Assembly (NCBI RefSeq): GCF_006345805.1
Contig: NC_043005.1
Coordinates: 71,362,001 to 71,426,000, forward strand
DNA length: 64,000 nucleotides
Direction: 5' to 3'
Source: Octopus sinensis
Taxonomy: Eukaryota
The notes under the pieces are model-generated. The model was not told the DNA's origin and searched no databases. It saw only the letters and a program-made list of their open reading frames with translations. The translations under genes were made by a program, and so were the position numbers. This document shows positions 41,624 through 54,226 of this stretch, in pieces; position 1 is the stretch's first letter; every line of letters begins with the position of its first letter.

Positions 41624-42008
41624 GGAGGCGCAATGGCCCAGTGGTTAGGGCAGCGGACTCGTGGTCATAGGATCGCGGTTTCGATTCCCAGACCGGGCGT
41701 TGTGAGTGTTTATTGAGCGAAAACACCTAAAAGCTCCACGAGGCTCCATCAGGGGATGGTGGTGATCCCTGCTGTACTCTTTCACCACAACTTTCTCTCA
41801 TTCTTACTTCCTGTTTCTGTTGTACCTGTATTTCAAGGGGCCGGCCTTGTCACTCTCTGTGTCACGCTGAATATCCCCGAGAACTACGTTAAGGGTGCAC
41901 GTGTCTGTGGAGTGCTCAGCCACTTACACATTAATTTCACGAGCAGGCTGTTCCATTGATTCGGATCAACCGGAACCCTCATCATCATAACCGACGGAGT
42001 GCTTCCAC
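41624..42008 (+). mobile_element. tRNA-derived SINE family D, young-looking full copy with Pol III A/B boxes
   Basis: tggcccagtggttagg A box and ggtttcgattccc B box; tail ggagtgctcagccactt...accgacggagtgc. Confidence 0.88.
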
Positions 42009-42475
42009 CACACCCCCTCTATAACTTTTCAATTTTTTTTCCCCCGAAATTTTACTAAGGTTAAGGGTTATATATGGATACACAAACACACAAAACGGAG
42101 AAACTGAAACAAATAAGCACGACTTGTTCCGAAACACCAACCAGTGGGGAACTGTTCCCAAAAATAACTCCCAGTTGTTTTTCCCCCAAATAATTGCTTG
42201 GAATCTACATAGTCCTAGGTATATTTCTAGACACTTACATTTTAAAATATCCATTTTCCTGAAAGTTAAGATGAATTGAAGTGGACTCTGGGGAATTTTC
42301 CAAAAATCCTCCATATCCCTCTTAAAACACTTTTCCCCAAAAACTTTTGTATATTCAGAATCTACATGATATAACATATATTCATAGGTAATTTCATTAA
42401 AAAAATATCCATTTCTCTGACAGTTATGATTATCCAAAGTCGGTGAGGGGACAAAAAGCCTGTAGTGAGATGGTA

Positions 42476-43135
42476 CCAACTCTCAATGATCTCATAATGC
42501 ATGTGTTCCCACACATGCTCAAAACATTAGCAACAGTCAATGGCTCTATGAGCGAGCCGTCTTAGCTCCACGTAATGAAGCTGTCAACAAAATCAACTGG
42601 GATCTCTTGCAGCTGTTACCCGGACAAGAACAGTCTTTCAAATCCCTTGACACTGTCGTTGATCAGAACCAGGCTGTAGTTTTGCCGACTGAGCTCCTGA
42701 ACTCTCTACAGCCATCTGGGATGCAACCTCACCATTTAAAACTTTAAAAGGGGCCCCCAATCATGCTGCTCAGGAATCTGGATCCACCTCGTCTGTGCAA
42801 TGGCACAAGACTGGTGGTGAAAGTGATGTGACCCCATGTCCTAGAGCAACAATTATGATTGGGAACTATAAGGGGGAGGATGTCTTCATTGCACAGATCC
42901 CATGAATCCCATATAACCCCTTGCCCTTTGACTTTAAACGGTTCCACTTCCCAGTGAACTAAGTTTCACTATGTTAATAAACAAGTGTCAAGGACAGTGT
43001 CTCAAGGTTGTTGGACTTCATCTTGCTTCTCCCATATGTAGGATGTTCACGAAGTGGAATTTCCCAAAATCTTTTCATTTGTACACCAATTAAAAGACAC
43101 ATTGAAAACATTGTATATTTAGAAGCTCTAGATAA
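42476..43135 (+). mobile_element. Helitron PIF1-like helicase C-terminal remnant; probable 3' end near 43650
   Basis: WLYERAVLAPRNEAVNKIN..PIMLLRNLDPPRLCNGTRLVVK..FKRFHFPV..INKCQGQCLKVVGL, with stops and frameshifts. Confidence 0.92.
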
Positions 43136-43740
43136 TTAAACTGTAATTGATTTCCGGATTTGTTCTAATACATTTGTTTATACTCACGTCATCTGATAGA
43201 ATTTCTGTTAAATATACTTATTAACAGGAAGGAACACCCGCAGGTTAGTTCTTCTCAAATTTATGCATTTTCAGATTCAACGTGTTTCAAATAAGTACTG
43301 ACAATTGAGGGTGATTGCAAAGACAAAGAACTACCTGGTTTTTTAACAATTTTGATAGTGAGAACATCGGATAAAACGTGTTATTGACATTAATAGTTTG
43401 TATCTTAGCTAATTACTATTGAGAAGTGCATATTCCATGTTTCACTTTACTAAGAGATTTAAAAGGCATACTGAAATTTCATTATTTTCAATAATCTCGG
43501 AAACACTGAGTTATTAATATATAAAGTTGGTATCTCAGCTACTAGGAAGTAAGACCTGCATAGTCTATGTTTCATATTAGAGATCTAAAAGGCATTTTTA
43601 AATTTCATTATTTTCTTTAACTCTGGCAACGCTGTGTATTTCTGCACGTGTATATATAAAAGTGAAAAGAAAATGCAAATTTATGATTGACACATTTTAA
43701 TCTATTAACATGATATTATATTATTATAATAATATAATAT

Positions 43741-44113
43741 ATAGGCATAGGAGTGGATGTGTGGTAAGTAGCTTGCTTACGAATCACATGGTTCCGGGTT
43801 CAGTCCCACTGCATGGCACCTTCATTATAGCCTCGGATCGACCAAGGTCTTGTGAGTGGATTTGGTAGACGGAAACTGGAAGAAGCCCGTCGTATATATG
43901 TATATATATATGTATGTGTGTGTGTATGTTTGTGTGTCTGTGTTTGTCCCCCCAACATCGATGCTGGTGTGTTTATGTCCCCGTAACTTAGCGGTTCAGC
44001 AAAAGAGACCGATAGAATAAGTACTAGGCTTACAAAGAAGAAGTCCTGGGGTCGATTTGTGGTGCTCCAGCATGGCCACAGTCAAAATGACTGAAACAAG
44101 TAAAAGTGTAAAA
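43741..44113 (+). mobile_element. SINE family A, full length
   Basis: Head, body and tail conserved. Confidence 0.9.
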
Positions 44114-44207
44114 GAGAGAGAGAGAGCGATATAAATATTATAATCCTGCAATTGTTTCAATTCAGACACAATGATAAATTTATAAAAATCCATGTTTATT
44201 TCATTAG

Positions 44208-44285
44208 GGAAATATTTGACAAAAATTACATAGCATTTTTAAATCCTAGTCACATAGAGACCCTATGCAAATCATCAGGATACAG
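44208..44285 (+). CDS. Candidate 78-nt exon (EIFDKNYIAFLNPSHIETLCKSSGY), gene unidentified
   Basis: tttatttcattAG acceptor, open frame, CAG|GTAACT donor. Confidence 0.2.
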
Positions 44286-44543
44286 GTAACTTTTTCCAAT
44301 ATTCAGATGGTTTCCAGTTCTCTTTGTCAGCTAATTTTTCTCAAATTCATCTTTAATTTTTATGCTCTCCAATAGCGAGTATAGAAGAGTTGCCATATTT
44401 CATTCTGTTACTACCATCTTTGAAGAGTAACTGGGTTGTTATCTAACACTCCATTGAACTCCTAATGCAAAACGAATTGGTAAGATCAGCCATAAAGCAT
44501 ATATGATACTGTACACTTCAATTAATATACATGTGTGTGTATA

Positions 44544-44585
<42 letters not shown>

Positions 44586-44677
44586 GTATTTACCAACATA
44601 TATATGTGTGTGTATGTGTGTGTTTTATATATGCTATATATGCAGATAAACAGACATGTCCCTCTGTGTATATGTAT

Positions 44678-44723
<46 letters not shown>

Positions 44724-45414
44724 AATTAACCTTACAATTGTATTTTTTCACTTATTTGCTTCTTATTCAATATTCACCTTTAACACCATGTTAAAGATTG
44801 TATACAGATTGTAATTCATGACCTGCCTATGTCCACCATCCATGAATACCACTGGTCTCTCTCTCTCTTTCTCTCTTATTCTTTGATATCTCTATGATTA
44901 CATTCTTCCATCTCATTTCCTTATCTTTGGGGTGTAGTCTCACGCATTTCTTATTATTCTTTGTCGATTTACTTTTCTCTCAATGCTTCCTGTTACTTCA
45001 CATATCATGTAATCCAACTTTCTCTTTTGCTTCCTCTGTGTGTGTATATGTGTTTGTGTGGGTATGTGTGTGTGTGCATGTGTGTATAGATAGATATATA
45101 TGTGTGTGTGTGTATATATATACACACATATATATGTGTGTGCATGTATATATATATATATATGTATACCAACATGCACATATAATTTATGCATATACAT
45201 ACATATATATATGTATATATATACGAATGCATATATATATGAATGTATAAGTATGTATTTGTATACATATGCATATGTCTTATACACACCCAAACATGTT
45301 TGTGTTCTCTCACCTACACTTTCTCTCACATACAAAGCACAATGCTCCCTCTCTCTGTTTCTTATACAATCTCTTTGTCACTGGCCTTTACTCTCTTACT
45401 CTCTCCCTTTTCTC

Positions 45415-45445
<31 letters not shown>

Positions 45446-45859
45446 TTCTCTCCTCTCATTCTGATCTGTTCTTTGGTTACGCTTCTCTTTCATACTTTTA
45501 CATTCCAGCTTTCACTTCCTTATTAACTTCTGCTCCAGGAAGGATGTGAATCCCAACATGGTGAATTTAACACAACTAAGAAAAGAATCTGACTGAAATA
45601 AAGTTAATATGGAACAAAGAAACTTCCAAATTGATTTTATTCCAACTTTGGTATCGGAGACAAACAAATATCAATAAAGACAATGTCTATATTTGAAGAG
45701 GAACGTGACTCTTAAAATAGCCAGATTACTTTGGAAGATGTTTAGGAGGAAAGAGGTGGGTGGGGTTTAAAGAATAAATGTAACCATAAACAGAAGAAAG
45801 AAGGTTGTAATACTAACAGATAGTATTTTTGTCTTCTAGTACATGGCTGGTGTCATGTA

Positions 45860-46715
45860 ATAAGCATCAATGTTGGTGCCATGTAAAAAGTATCCATGTG
45901 AGTGCCACATGAAAAACATTCATGCTGGTAACACATAAAAAGCATCCATGTGAGTGCCACATAAAAAAAACCACCCATGCTGGTAACATAAAAACCATCC
46001 ATGTGAGTGCAACATAAAAACACCCATGCTGGTGACACATAAAAAGTATCCTTGTGTCACATAAAAAAGCACCCATGTTGGTACCACATAAAAAGCACCT
46101 ATCCCAGTGCCAGTGCCACATATTAATCACAAGAGCTGGTGCCATGCAAAAAGGATCCATGTGAGTAACATATAAAAAGCATCCATGTGAGTTCCACATA
46201 AGAAACACCCATACTGGTGACACATAAAAACCATCCATGTGAGTGACACATAAAAACCCATCTATGTGAGTACCACATAAAAAACACCCATGGCGGTAAA
46301 ACATAAAAAGTATCCACGGTAGTGCCACAAAAAAAAACACCCATGCTGGTGACACATAAAAACCATCCATGTGAGTCCTACATAAAATAGCCATGCTGGT
46401 GACACAAAAAGTACCCATACCAGCATCACATAAAGAGCACCCATGTTGGTACCACACAAAAAGCACCTATCCTGGCATTAGGGATACAGCACCTGTGCCA
46501 GTATCATGTATAAATCACAAGGGCTGGTGCATTGTAAAAAAAGTACCCAGTACACTCAGCAAAGTAGTTGAAGGTGTTAGGAAAAACATTCTGTAACGGA
46601 AACCATGCCAAAAGAGACAATTGAAGTTCTGGTTGGCCAGCACCTTTCAAACCATCCAACCAAATCCACTGTGGAAAAACAGACATTAAAATATGATGAT
46701 GAGGATGATGGTGAA
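45860..46715 (+). repeat. Minisatellite expansion of family B internal units, followed by its decayed core
   Basis: Alternating aaaacacccatgctggtgacacat / aaaaaccatccatgtgagtgccacat units. Confidence 0.85.
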
Positions 46716-46832
46716 TACTTAAATCAGACTTGATCTTTGGCAAATATGGAAAAGTAAGGAATAAGGAAAATATGCTCATGTAAGTCTGCAAGTCTATCTT
46801 GAATGAGCGAATTTCAAAAACACATATTTTTA

Positions 46833-47037
46833 TCCTTTTACATGTTTCAGTCATTTTGACTGTAGCCATGCTGGAGCACTGCCTTCAGTTGAGGAAATCG
46901 ACCCCAGGATTTATTCTTTGTAAGCCTAGTACTTATTCTATCGGTCTCTTTTGCTAAACCGCTAAGTTATGTGGATGTAAACATACCACCATCGGTTGTC
47001 AAGCGATGTTGGCGGGGACAAACACACACAAACATAT

Positions 47038-47070
<33 letters not shown>

Positions 47071-47302
47071 CATATACACGACAGGCTTCTTTCAGTTTCT
47101 GTCTACCAAATCCACTCACAAGGCTTTTGTCGACCCAAGGCTATAGTAGACGACACTTGCCCAAGGTGGCATGCAGTGGGAATGAACCCAGAACCATGTG
47201 GTTGGTAAGCAAGCTACTTACGATACAGCCACTCCTGCGCCACTCACAAGGCTTTGGTTGGGTTGACACTGTAGTAGAAGACACTTGCCCAAGGTGCCAC
47301 GC
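46833..47302 (-). mobile_element. SINE family A plus an adjacent partial copy
   Basis: Matches the family consensus seen at 19432. Confidence 0.88.
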
Positions 47303-48250
47303 ATGTTGAAATTCTGGAAATGGAGTCAGGAATCGTATTCCATGGGATCGTAAAGTAAAAAATTTGCAATTTGCAAACCAAAGGACTCATTCCCATTAGA
47401 AACCAGAAACCAACCATAAACAACCAGTAAGTATTAAATGAGTCCCAGCTATCATTGTATCTACTCCTAACAGTCAAAGTATATCTCAGTACTTGATCCT
47501 AGCTCTTTCCTGTATGCATATCACAACAGCTCTTTGGCATTGTTAGCCAGTGGAACATAATTCACAGCCTAAGTGTCCACACTTCAGCATACATGGTTTT
47601 CTTTTATGTCACCTAACATTGAATATATTTTCTTATCTGTTTTTCCGAACCATTTGTGAAGCCGTATTTTACCTGAAATATCAGGACCTTTAAATATTTT
47701 TTGAATTTTTCTTCCTCGCATTATTAATGTTTAATTCCAATCTTGTTGGTAGAGTTATAGAAGTGTGAATTTAATCAAGACATGCAGAAGCTTTGCTATT
47801 ATACACAAACATTCTGTCATGAGCAATGGTTTTATTATAGAGAGAGAATTGAAGTAGTGAGCTGGTAAAACTACTAGTACAACTTTTTACATTCTGAGTT
47901 CAATACCTGCCAAGGTCAACTTTAGGGGTCGATAAAACAAAATACTGGTTATCAATGCAATCAACTAACATCCTCTCCCTACTATTGTTGGCCTTGTGCC
48001 AAAATTTGAAACCATTATTATATACAGTGAATTACTATTGCTTTCTAGACAGCTTATCATCATAGGGACACAATAAATTTTCTTCATTGATTTAACATCT
48101 CAAAGCTTGTTACTTTTTCTGTATCTTTTTCTCCCCAAACCCTCAAAATATCTTAAATTAAAGATAACAAAACACTCACTAATTTCACATAACACCTTAT
48201 TTACAAAAAATACATTATCTTGACAGATTAATTTAATCCTTTAGTATTTA

Positions 48251-48486
48251 AGGCGGTGAGCTAGCAGAAACGTTAGCATGCTGGGCGAAATGCTTAGCGG
48301 TATTTAATCTGCTGCTACATTCTGAGTTCAAATTCCGCCAAGGTCGACTTTGCCCTTCATCCTTTCAGGGTCGATTAAATAAGCACCAGTTACACACTGG
48401 GGTCGATATAATCGACTTAATCTATTTGTCTGTCCTTGTTTGTCCTCTCTGTGTTTAGCCCCTTGTAGGTAGTAAAGAAATAGGTA
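48251..48486 (+). mobile_element. SINE family C, full length
   Basis: Matches 24101-24334. Confidence 0.88.
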
Positions 48487-48737
48487 TTTAAACTAGTCAT
48501 ATCCAGTCAAAATATTTACCCTTTTTTAATGCTAAAACTGGCCAGATCCAGCCTCTCACACCTACCCTTCAATGTCATTCTAAAAATAAACAATCATATC
48601 ACTTAAATCTCAGAGATACAAGGTAATGTATGATTAATTCAAAACAATGTGAGTAAATAAGCATAACATTTGACAGAGTAATCTGAATGCTTTAGGGTTA
48701 AACTATTGAAGAAAATGCTTGAGGCATTTTGTTACAG

Positions 48738-49290
48738 CTCATCATCATCATCATTATCATCATTTAACGTCCGTTTTCCATGCTAGCATGGGTTGGACGG
48801 TTCAACCGGGGTCTGGGAAGCCAGGAGGCTGCACCAGGCACCAGTCTGATCTGGCAGGGTTTCTACAGCTGGATGCCCTTCCTAACACCAACCACTCCAT
48901 GAGTGTAGTGGGTGCTTTTTACGTGCCACCGGCACAGGTGCCAGGGGAGGCTGGCAATGGTCACGATCGGTTGGTGCTTTTTACGTGCCACTAGCACAGA
49001 AGCCAGTCAAGGTGGTGCTGGCACCAACCACGTACGGATGGTGCTTTTTAGGTGCCATGGTAGACTGGCAACAGCCACGATCGGTTGGTGCTTTTTACAT
49101 GCCACTGGCACGGAAGCCAGTCAAGGCAGCGCTGGCATTGGCCACATACGGATGGTGCATTTTAGGGGCCACTGACACGGAAGCCAGTCAAGGCGGCGCT
49201 GGCATCGGCCACATACGGACGGTGCTTTTTAGGTGCCAGGGTAGGCTGGCAATGGCCACGATCGGTTGGTGCTTTTGACATGCCACCAGC
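48738..49290 (-). mobile_element. SINE-like family B with an extended internal array
   Basis: (CAT)n, core, and multiple ggtgctttt..gtgccac units. Confidence 0.88.
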
Positions 49291-51649
49291 ACTTTACAAT
49301 ATTCTGACTTCACAGCTGTTGAAGTCAACTATGTCTCTCATCCTTCTTGGGTTGATCAAATAAAACAAAGTTCTTGTAAAGTAATGTAGTCTTATAAATA
49401 TTTCTATCAACCAGCAAAGACATAAATAGAATTAAAAACGGGGACTAAGAATAACATGCATACATGGTACCTTATTTATAATGATGTGAACAATGTCAGC
49501 GAGAATTAAGTGTTTTGACTGAATAACACTACAGAGTGCAAGTTAATAAGATATGAATCATTAGCAGATGGACATCCTATCAAATGTTTAGATTTGGCAA
49601 TATGCTGCTGTAGTGGGTTAATCATAAAGATTGCAATATATATGCAGTAAATGATGTCATGTAGGATCATGGTGTAGGAATTTGAACATCTGTCTAAGAG
49701 CAATGTAATTACCTGCCAATCATATGAGCAAATGCACATGTTTCTTATTCATACATGTATGTGTGAGTGTTTGTGCACAAGTCTGGGTGTGTATCTACGT
49801 GTGTGTGCATGTGTACATGTGCGCATGTCTGTGTGTATGTATATGTATGATTATATCTATACACATGTTTGTATAAATACATGGCTGTATGAAGACAGAG
49901 GTTGACACGTTACCATATGGTCACAAGTTACATCACTTCTGTTACAGAGAGATAGAACTTGTAAGTTAAATTAGTAGACAGAAACTGTATGGAAGCCCAT
50001 CATGCACATGTATAGAGGACCCAATACGGTTCAATATTGATTAAAGCTGTTGCTCATTTTATTTTAAATCTATGAATTAAAAAAAAGGGGCAAATTTAGC
50101 AATCGTTAAATTTGCCCTATTGGTATCCTATATGGTAAATTTTCCCAGGGCAAATTTACCATGTAGGATACAGATATAGGCACAGGAGTGGCTGTGTGGC
50201 AAGTAGTTTCCAGAGGTGAATTATTCAAACCCCAAAGAATCCCTCTCAGCACATGGTTATGATGCTCCCCCACTACTTCTGCTCGTGATCAGAGATGCAC
50301 ATATCGTCAGCCACTAAGGGTTCATGCTCAACTGGTTAAGGTCAAACAACTGACAAGCAAATCTGTGGTATTGAGCAGAATATTTGCTGTAGCCCATTTT
50401 TTACACCAAGACAATACATGTATATGTTAACACTTTCAATCATATAAGATCAGAAGCCATGAGAGCCACTACCTGGTACTGCATCAGGGTATTATTATTA
50501 TTACTACTACTACTACTACCTTAGTTAAGACAGCAAATTACCAGAATTACTAGCACACTGGGCAAAACACTTAGTGACATTTTCATCCATCTTTATGTTC
50601 TGAGTTCAAATTCTGCCTAGGTCAACTTTCACTTTCACCCTACGTGGTAGGGGAGGATCCATAAAATAAGTATAAGTTGAGAATTGGGGTCGATGATATG
50701 GACTTACCATTTCCCCTAAAATTGGTAGCCCTGTTCTAAAATTTAAAACCATCATTACCTTAGTTATTTACCAGAAGCAAGGTAGAAATACTAGTCTTAA
50801 AATTCAAATGTTGTGGTGGTGATGGTGGTGGGATCTTAATAAAAGATACCTGAAATGCAAGGGTAATATAATTTAACTGCATGTAAAATGATCAGTTCTG
50901 AATGCAATTGGAAAGACAAATTTTTATGGCAAATTTGAAAGAAATCAATGTTACTTAGAAACCAAAACTACATCCCCAACAGTAAAATTCCCGATAACAT
51001 ATCAAAATATTTCACAAAATATTAGTAACATAGTAACATCTTTTAATTCTCCAGTTTTAGCAAATTCTAATTAAATTTAGTACAATGGTCTTATTTTTAT
51101 TTCCAATATTTATTCATTTTATATTTTTCTATCCATTTTATTTTTTATTGTTGTTACTATTATTATTATTACTATTATTATCATTATTATTATTATTATT
51201 ATTATTATCATTATTATTATTATTTTATTATAATTATTATTTTATTTATTTATTGTTTTGCTGTCTTAAATTCTTAATTCAAATGCTAATTGTCTTTTGA
51301 AGTGAAATGAACTTAACCAAACACGAAATTTTTGTTTGTTTTTCTAGCTTTAATCTTCTGTTTGTGAAATTTCACTCTCCACCTGCTAAAATGCATAATT
51401 AATTGCATTTTATGATGACTATTTACACAAAGGCGAAGCCATGCCAACAGTTTGTTGTCAGATTAAAATGAATAAGATGCAAAATAAATCTTCTTTTACA
51501 AATTCTTCTTTACAGAATTTTCAGGTTTAAACTCCTGGCCTAGACGGAAATTTTGATGAACAGTTGAACAATGGCTTCAAATTAATTGCTGCTATACAAT
51601 TTTAAAGCAGCAACAAAGAGGAATTACACACACACATACACAGATCAAC

Positions 51650-52180
51650 TTATAGATAAATAGATAGATATGCCTATGCAGCATGATATATATATATGTA
51701 CATGCATATATATATGCACATGTATATATATGTATATATATATACATGTGCATATATATATATACATATATATATGTATATGTATATATATACATATACA
51801 TATATATATGTATATATATATGTACATGTATATATATACATATATATATATGCATGTATATATATATATATGTACATGTATATATATATACATATATACA
51901 TGTACATGTATATATATGTATATATGTATATGTATATTTATATATATTTATATATATACATATATATACATATATATATATTTATATATATACATTTATA
52001 TGTATTCATATATATACACATATATATGTATATATATAAATATATATAAATATACATATACATATATACATATATATACATGTACATGTATATATGTATA
52101 TATATATACATGTACATATATATATATATATGTATATATATGTATACATATATACATATATATATGTATATATATGTATA

Positions 52181-52211
<31 letters not shown>

Positions 52212-52274
52212 TATATATGTATATATATATATATGTATACAAATATATATACATATATATATATTTATATGTAT

Positions 52275-52310
<36 letters not shown>
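51650..52310. repeat. (TA)n/(TATG)n/(TACA)n microsatellite block
   Basis: Direct inspection. Confidence 0.95.
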
Positions 52311-52313
<3 letters not shown>

Positions 52314-52422
52314 TGTTGAAGAGGACAATGAACATTAAGGCAAGAGAAGCATCTCAAGTTGTCTTTGTATAGGACTTGAGATGTTTGCCTTGCCGCAATG
52401 TCTGTTGTCATCTTTAACAATT
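52311..52422. other. Imperfect 49-bp-stem hairpin (pre-miRNA-like, or a decayed palindromic element)
   Basis: Arms 52311-52359 and 52374-52422, 14-nt loop, 39 of 49 positions Watson-Crick. Confidence 0.8.
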
Positions 52423-52633
52423 ATATATCTGCTGCATCAGTAATCTGCAATGGCTCTATAACTACCTTCTCGGCTATAACCTTGGAGCCCTAGTAATCCG
52501 TTACAGCCCTTACCTTTACATACCTCATCGTTTAGATTACCTGTGAACTAAACACTCATATTTTGTATGCGTATATGTGTTTGTGTGTGTATAAGTGTGT
52601 GAGAAAGTATGATTGGTGATATATATATATATC

Positions 52634-52671
<38 letters not shown>

Positions 52672-53004
52672 TATATGTGTATATATATGTATAAATTTAA
52701 TTAGAGGATATGTTATCCTCATAAAGGAAAGCTTGCATCCAAGGAAATACTGGTTCAATACCTAGTATTGTTAAGGAGTGAAATTCCCTTAAAACAATAG
52801 ATATATATTAAGCATGTAGCTGATATCCATTTAAAAGAAGAAAAGAAAATGGAGACAAGGAAGTTAATAATTAATTGATAACTTCCTTATCTCTATTTCC
52901 TTTTCTTCTTTTAACTTCCAGAGGCAAGCTGTGAAATTTGTTGTTGGGGGTAACTGGGGTATTTTTACGTATCTGTGGCTTTGTGTTTTGCTTTCTTGTG
53001 GGTA

Positions 53005-53423
53005 TCTTTACTCTTTTACTTGTTTCAGTCATTTGACTGTGGCCATGCTGGAGCACTGCCTTTAGTTGAGCAAATCGACCCCAGGACTTATTTTTTGTAA
53101 GCCTAAGTACTTATTCTATCGGTTCCTTTTTGCCGAACCACTAAGTTACAGGGATGTAAACACACCAGCATCGATTGTCAAGTGATGTTGGGGGGACAAA
53201 CACAGACACACAAACATATACACACACATACACACAAACATATACACACACATACATAAATATATATATACATATATGCATCGGGCTTTTTCAGTTCCTG
53301 TCTACCAAATCCACTCACAAGGCTATAGTAGAAGACACTTGCCCAAGGTACCACACAGTGGGACTGAACCCGGAACCATGTGGTTCGTAAGCAAGCTACT
53401 TACCACACAGCCACTCCTACGCT
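53005..53423 (-). mobile_element. SINE family A
   Basis: Matches the family consensus. Confidence 0.88.
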
Positions 53424-53764
53424 TGTTTAAACATCTCATGTGTAAATATCTCACTTATTTCCTGTATGTGCACTCTGCTGAAGAAGGAAAAGCCATTGGG
53501 CAAATCCAGAAATTAGCTAATCCAGGACTATCTATATTGTTATTAATTTCTGTTAGCTTGCTGCTTTGATTTCATCACATATGTAACTTTGTGACTTTTA
53601 AAGTGGTGAGACGATTTAGCATCTACTTTCAGCATATAGGCTAGAAAATTTCTTTCTTTGCCCTTAATTATAATTATATATAAGTTTGTGTGAGTGCATC
53701 TATCTATATATGTGTGAGAATGTGTATGTGTAACTTGTACTCTGTCAGTTATGACCACAAGGGA

Positions 53765-54050
53765 TCCAATCAATCCAGTCTCTGGAACAGTCTGCTCATG
53801 AAATTAACATGCAAGTGATTGAGCACTCCACATACATGCCTAACCATAACGTAGTCCTTAGGGAGATTCAGCATGACACAGAGTGTGGCATGGCTGGCTC
53901 CCTTTGAATTACAAGTGCAACTCATTTTTGCCAGCTGAGTGAACTGAAGCAACATGAAATAAAGTGTCTTGCTCAAGGACACAGCACACTTCCAGGAATC
54001 AAACACATGACCTTATAGTTGTTAGCCAAACACCCTAACCCATAAGCCAC
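53765..54050 (-). mobile_element. SINE family D
   Basis: Reverse complement resembles 41624-42008 and 15436-15752. Confidence 0.75.
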
Positions 54051-54155
54051 ATATATATGCATGTGTGTGCATAGGCTCAACTCTCCCCTCCCCTCTCCTC
54101 TCTTCCTCTCACGCCTACTTCCTCCCACCCACCCCTCCTCTCCTCTAATGGACAG

Positions 54156-54226
54156 ATATATCCAAAGGCACTTCTTTTAATTACCTCAGTAGGTATATTC
54201 CTTGGTAAAAAGGTATATGGCAGCAG
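54156..54226 (+). CDS. Candidate 71-nt exon (IYPKALLLITSVGIFLGKKVYGS), hydrophobic segment
   Basis: Long pyrimidine tract then cAG; CAG|GTAATG donor; phase-compatible with 56266-56305. Confidence 0.25.

Noticed and set aside
41624-41700. tRNA gene
   Set aside because: It has A/B boxes but continues into a SINE body, and no complete cloverleaf is evident
41985-42479. 164-aa minus-strand ORF as a gene
   Set aside because: It lies in the inverted partner of the 239-bp repeat and has no protein-like motifs
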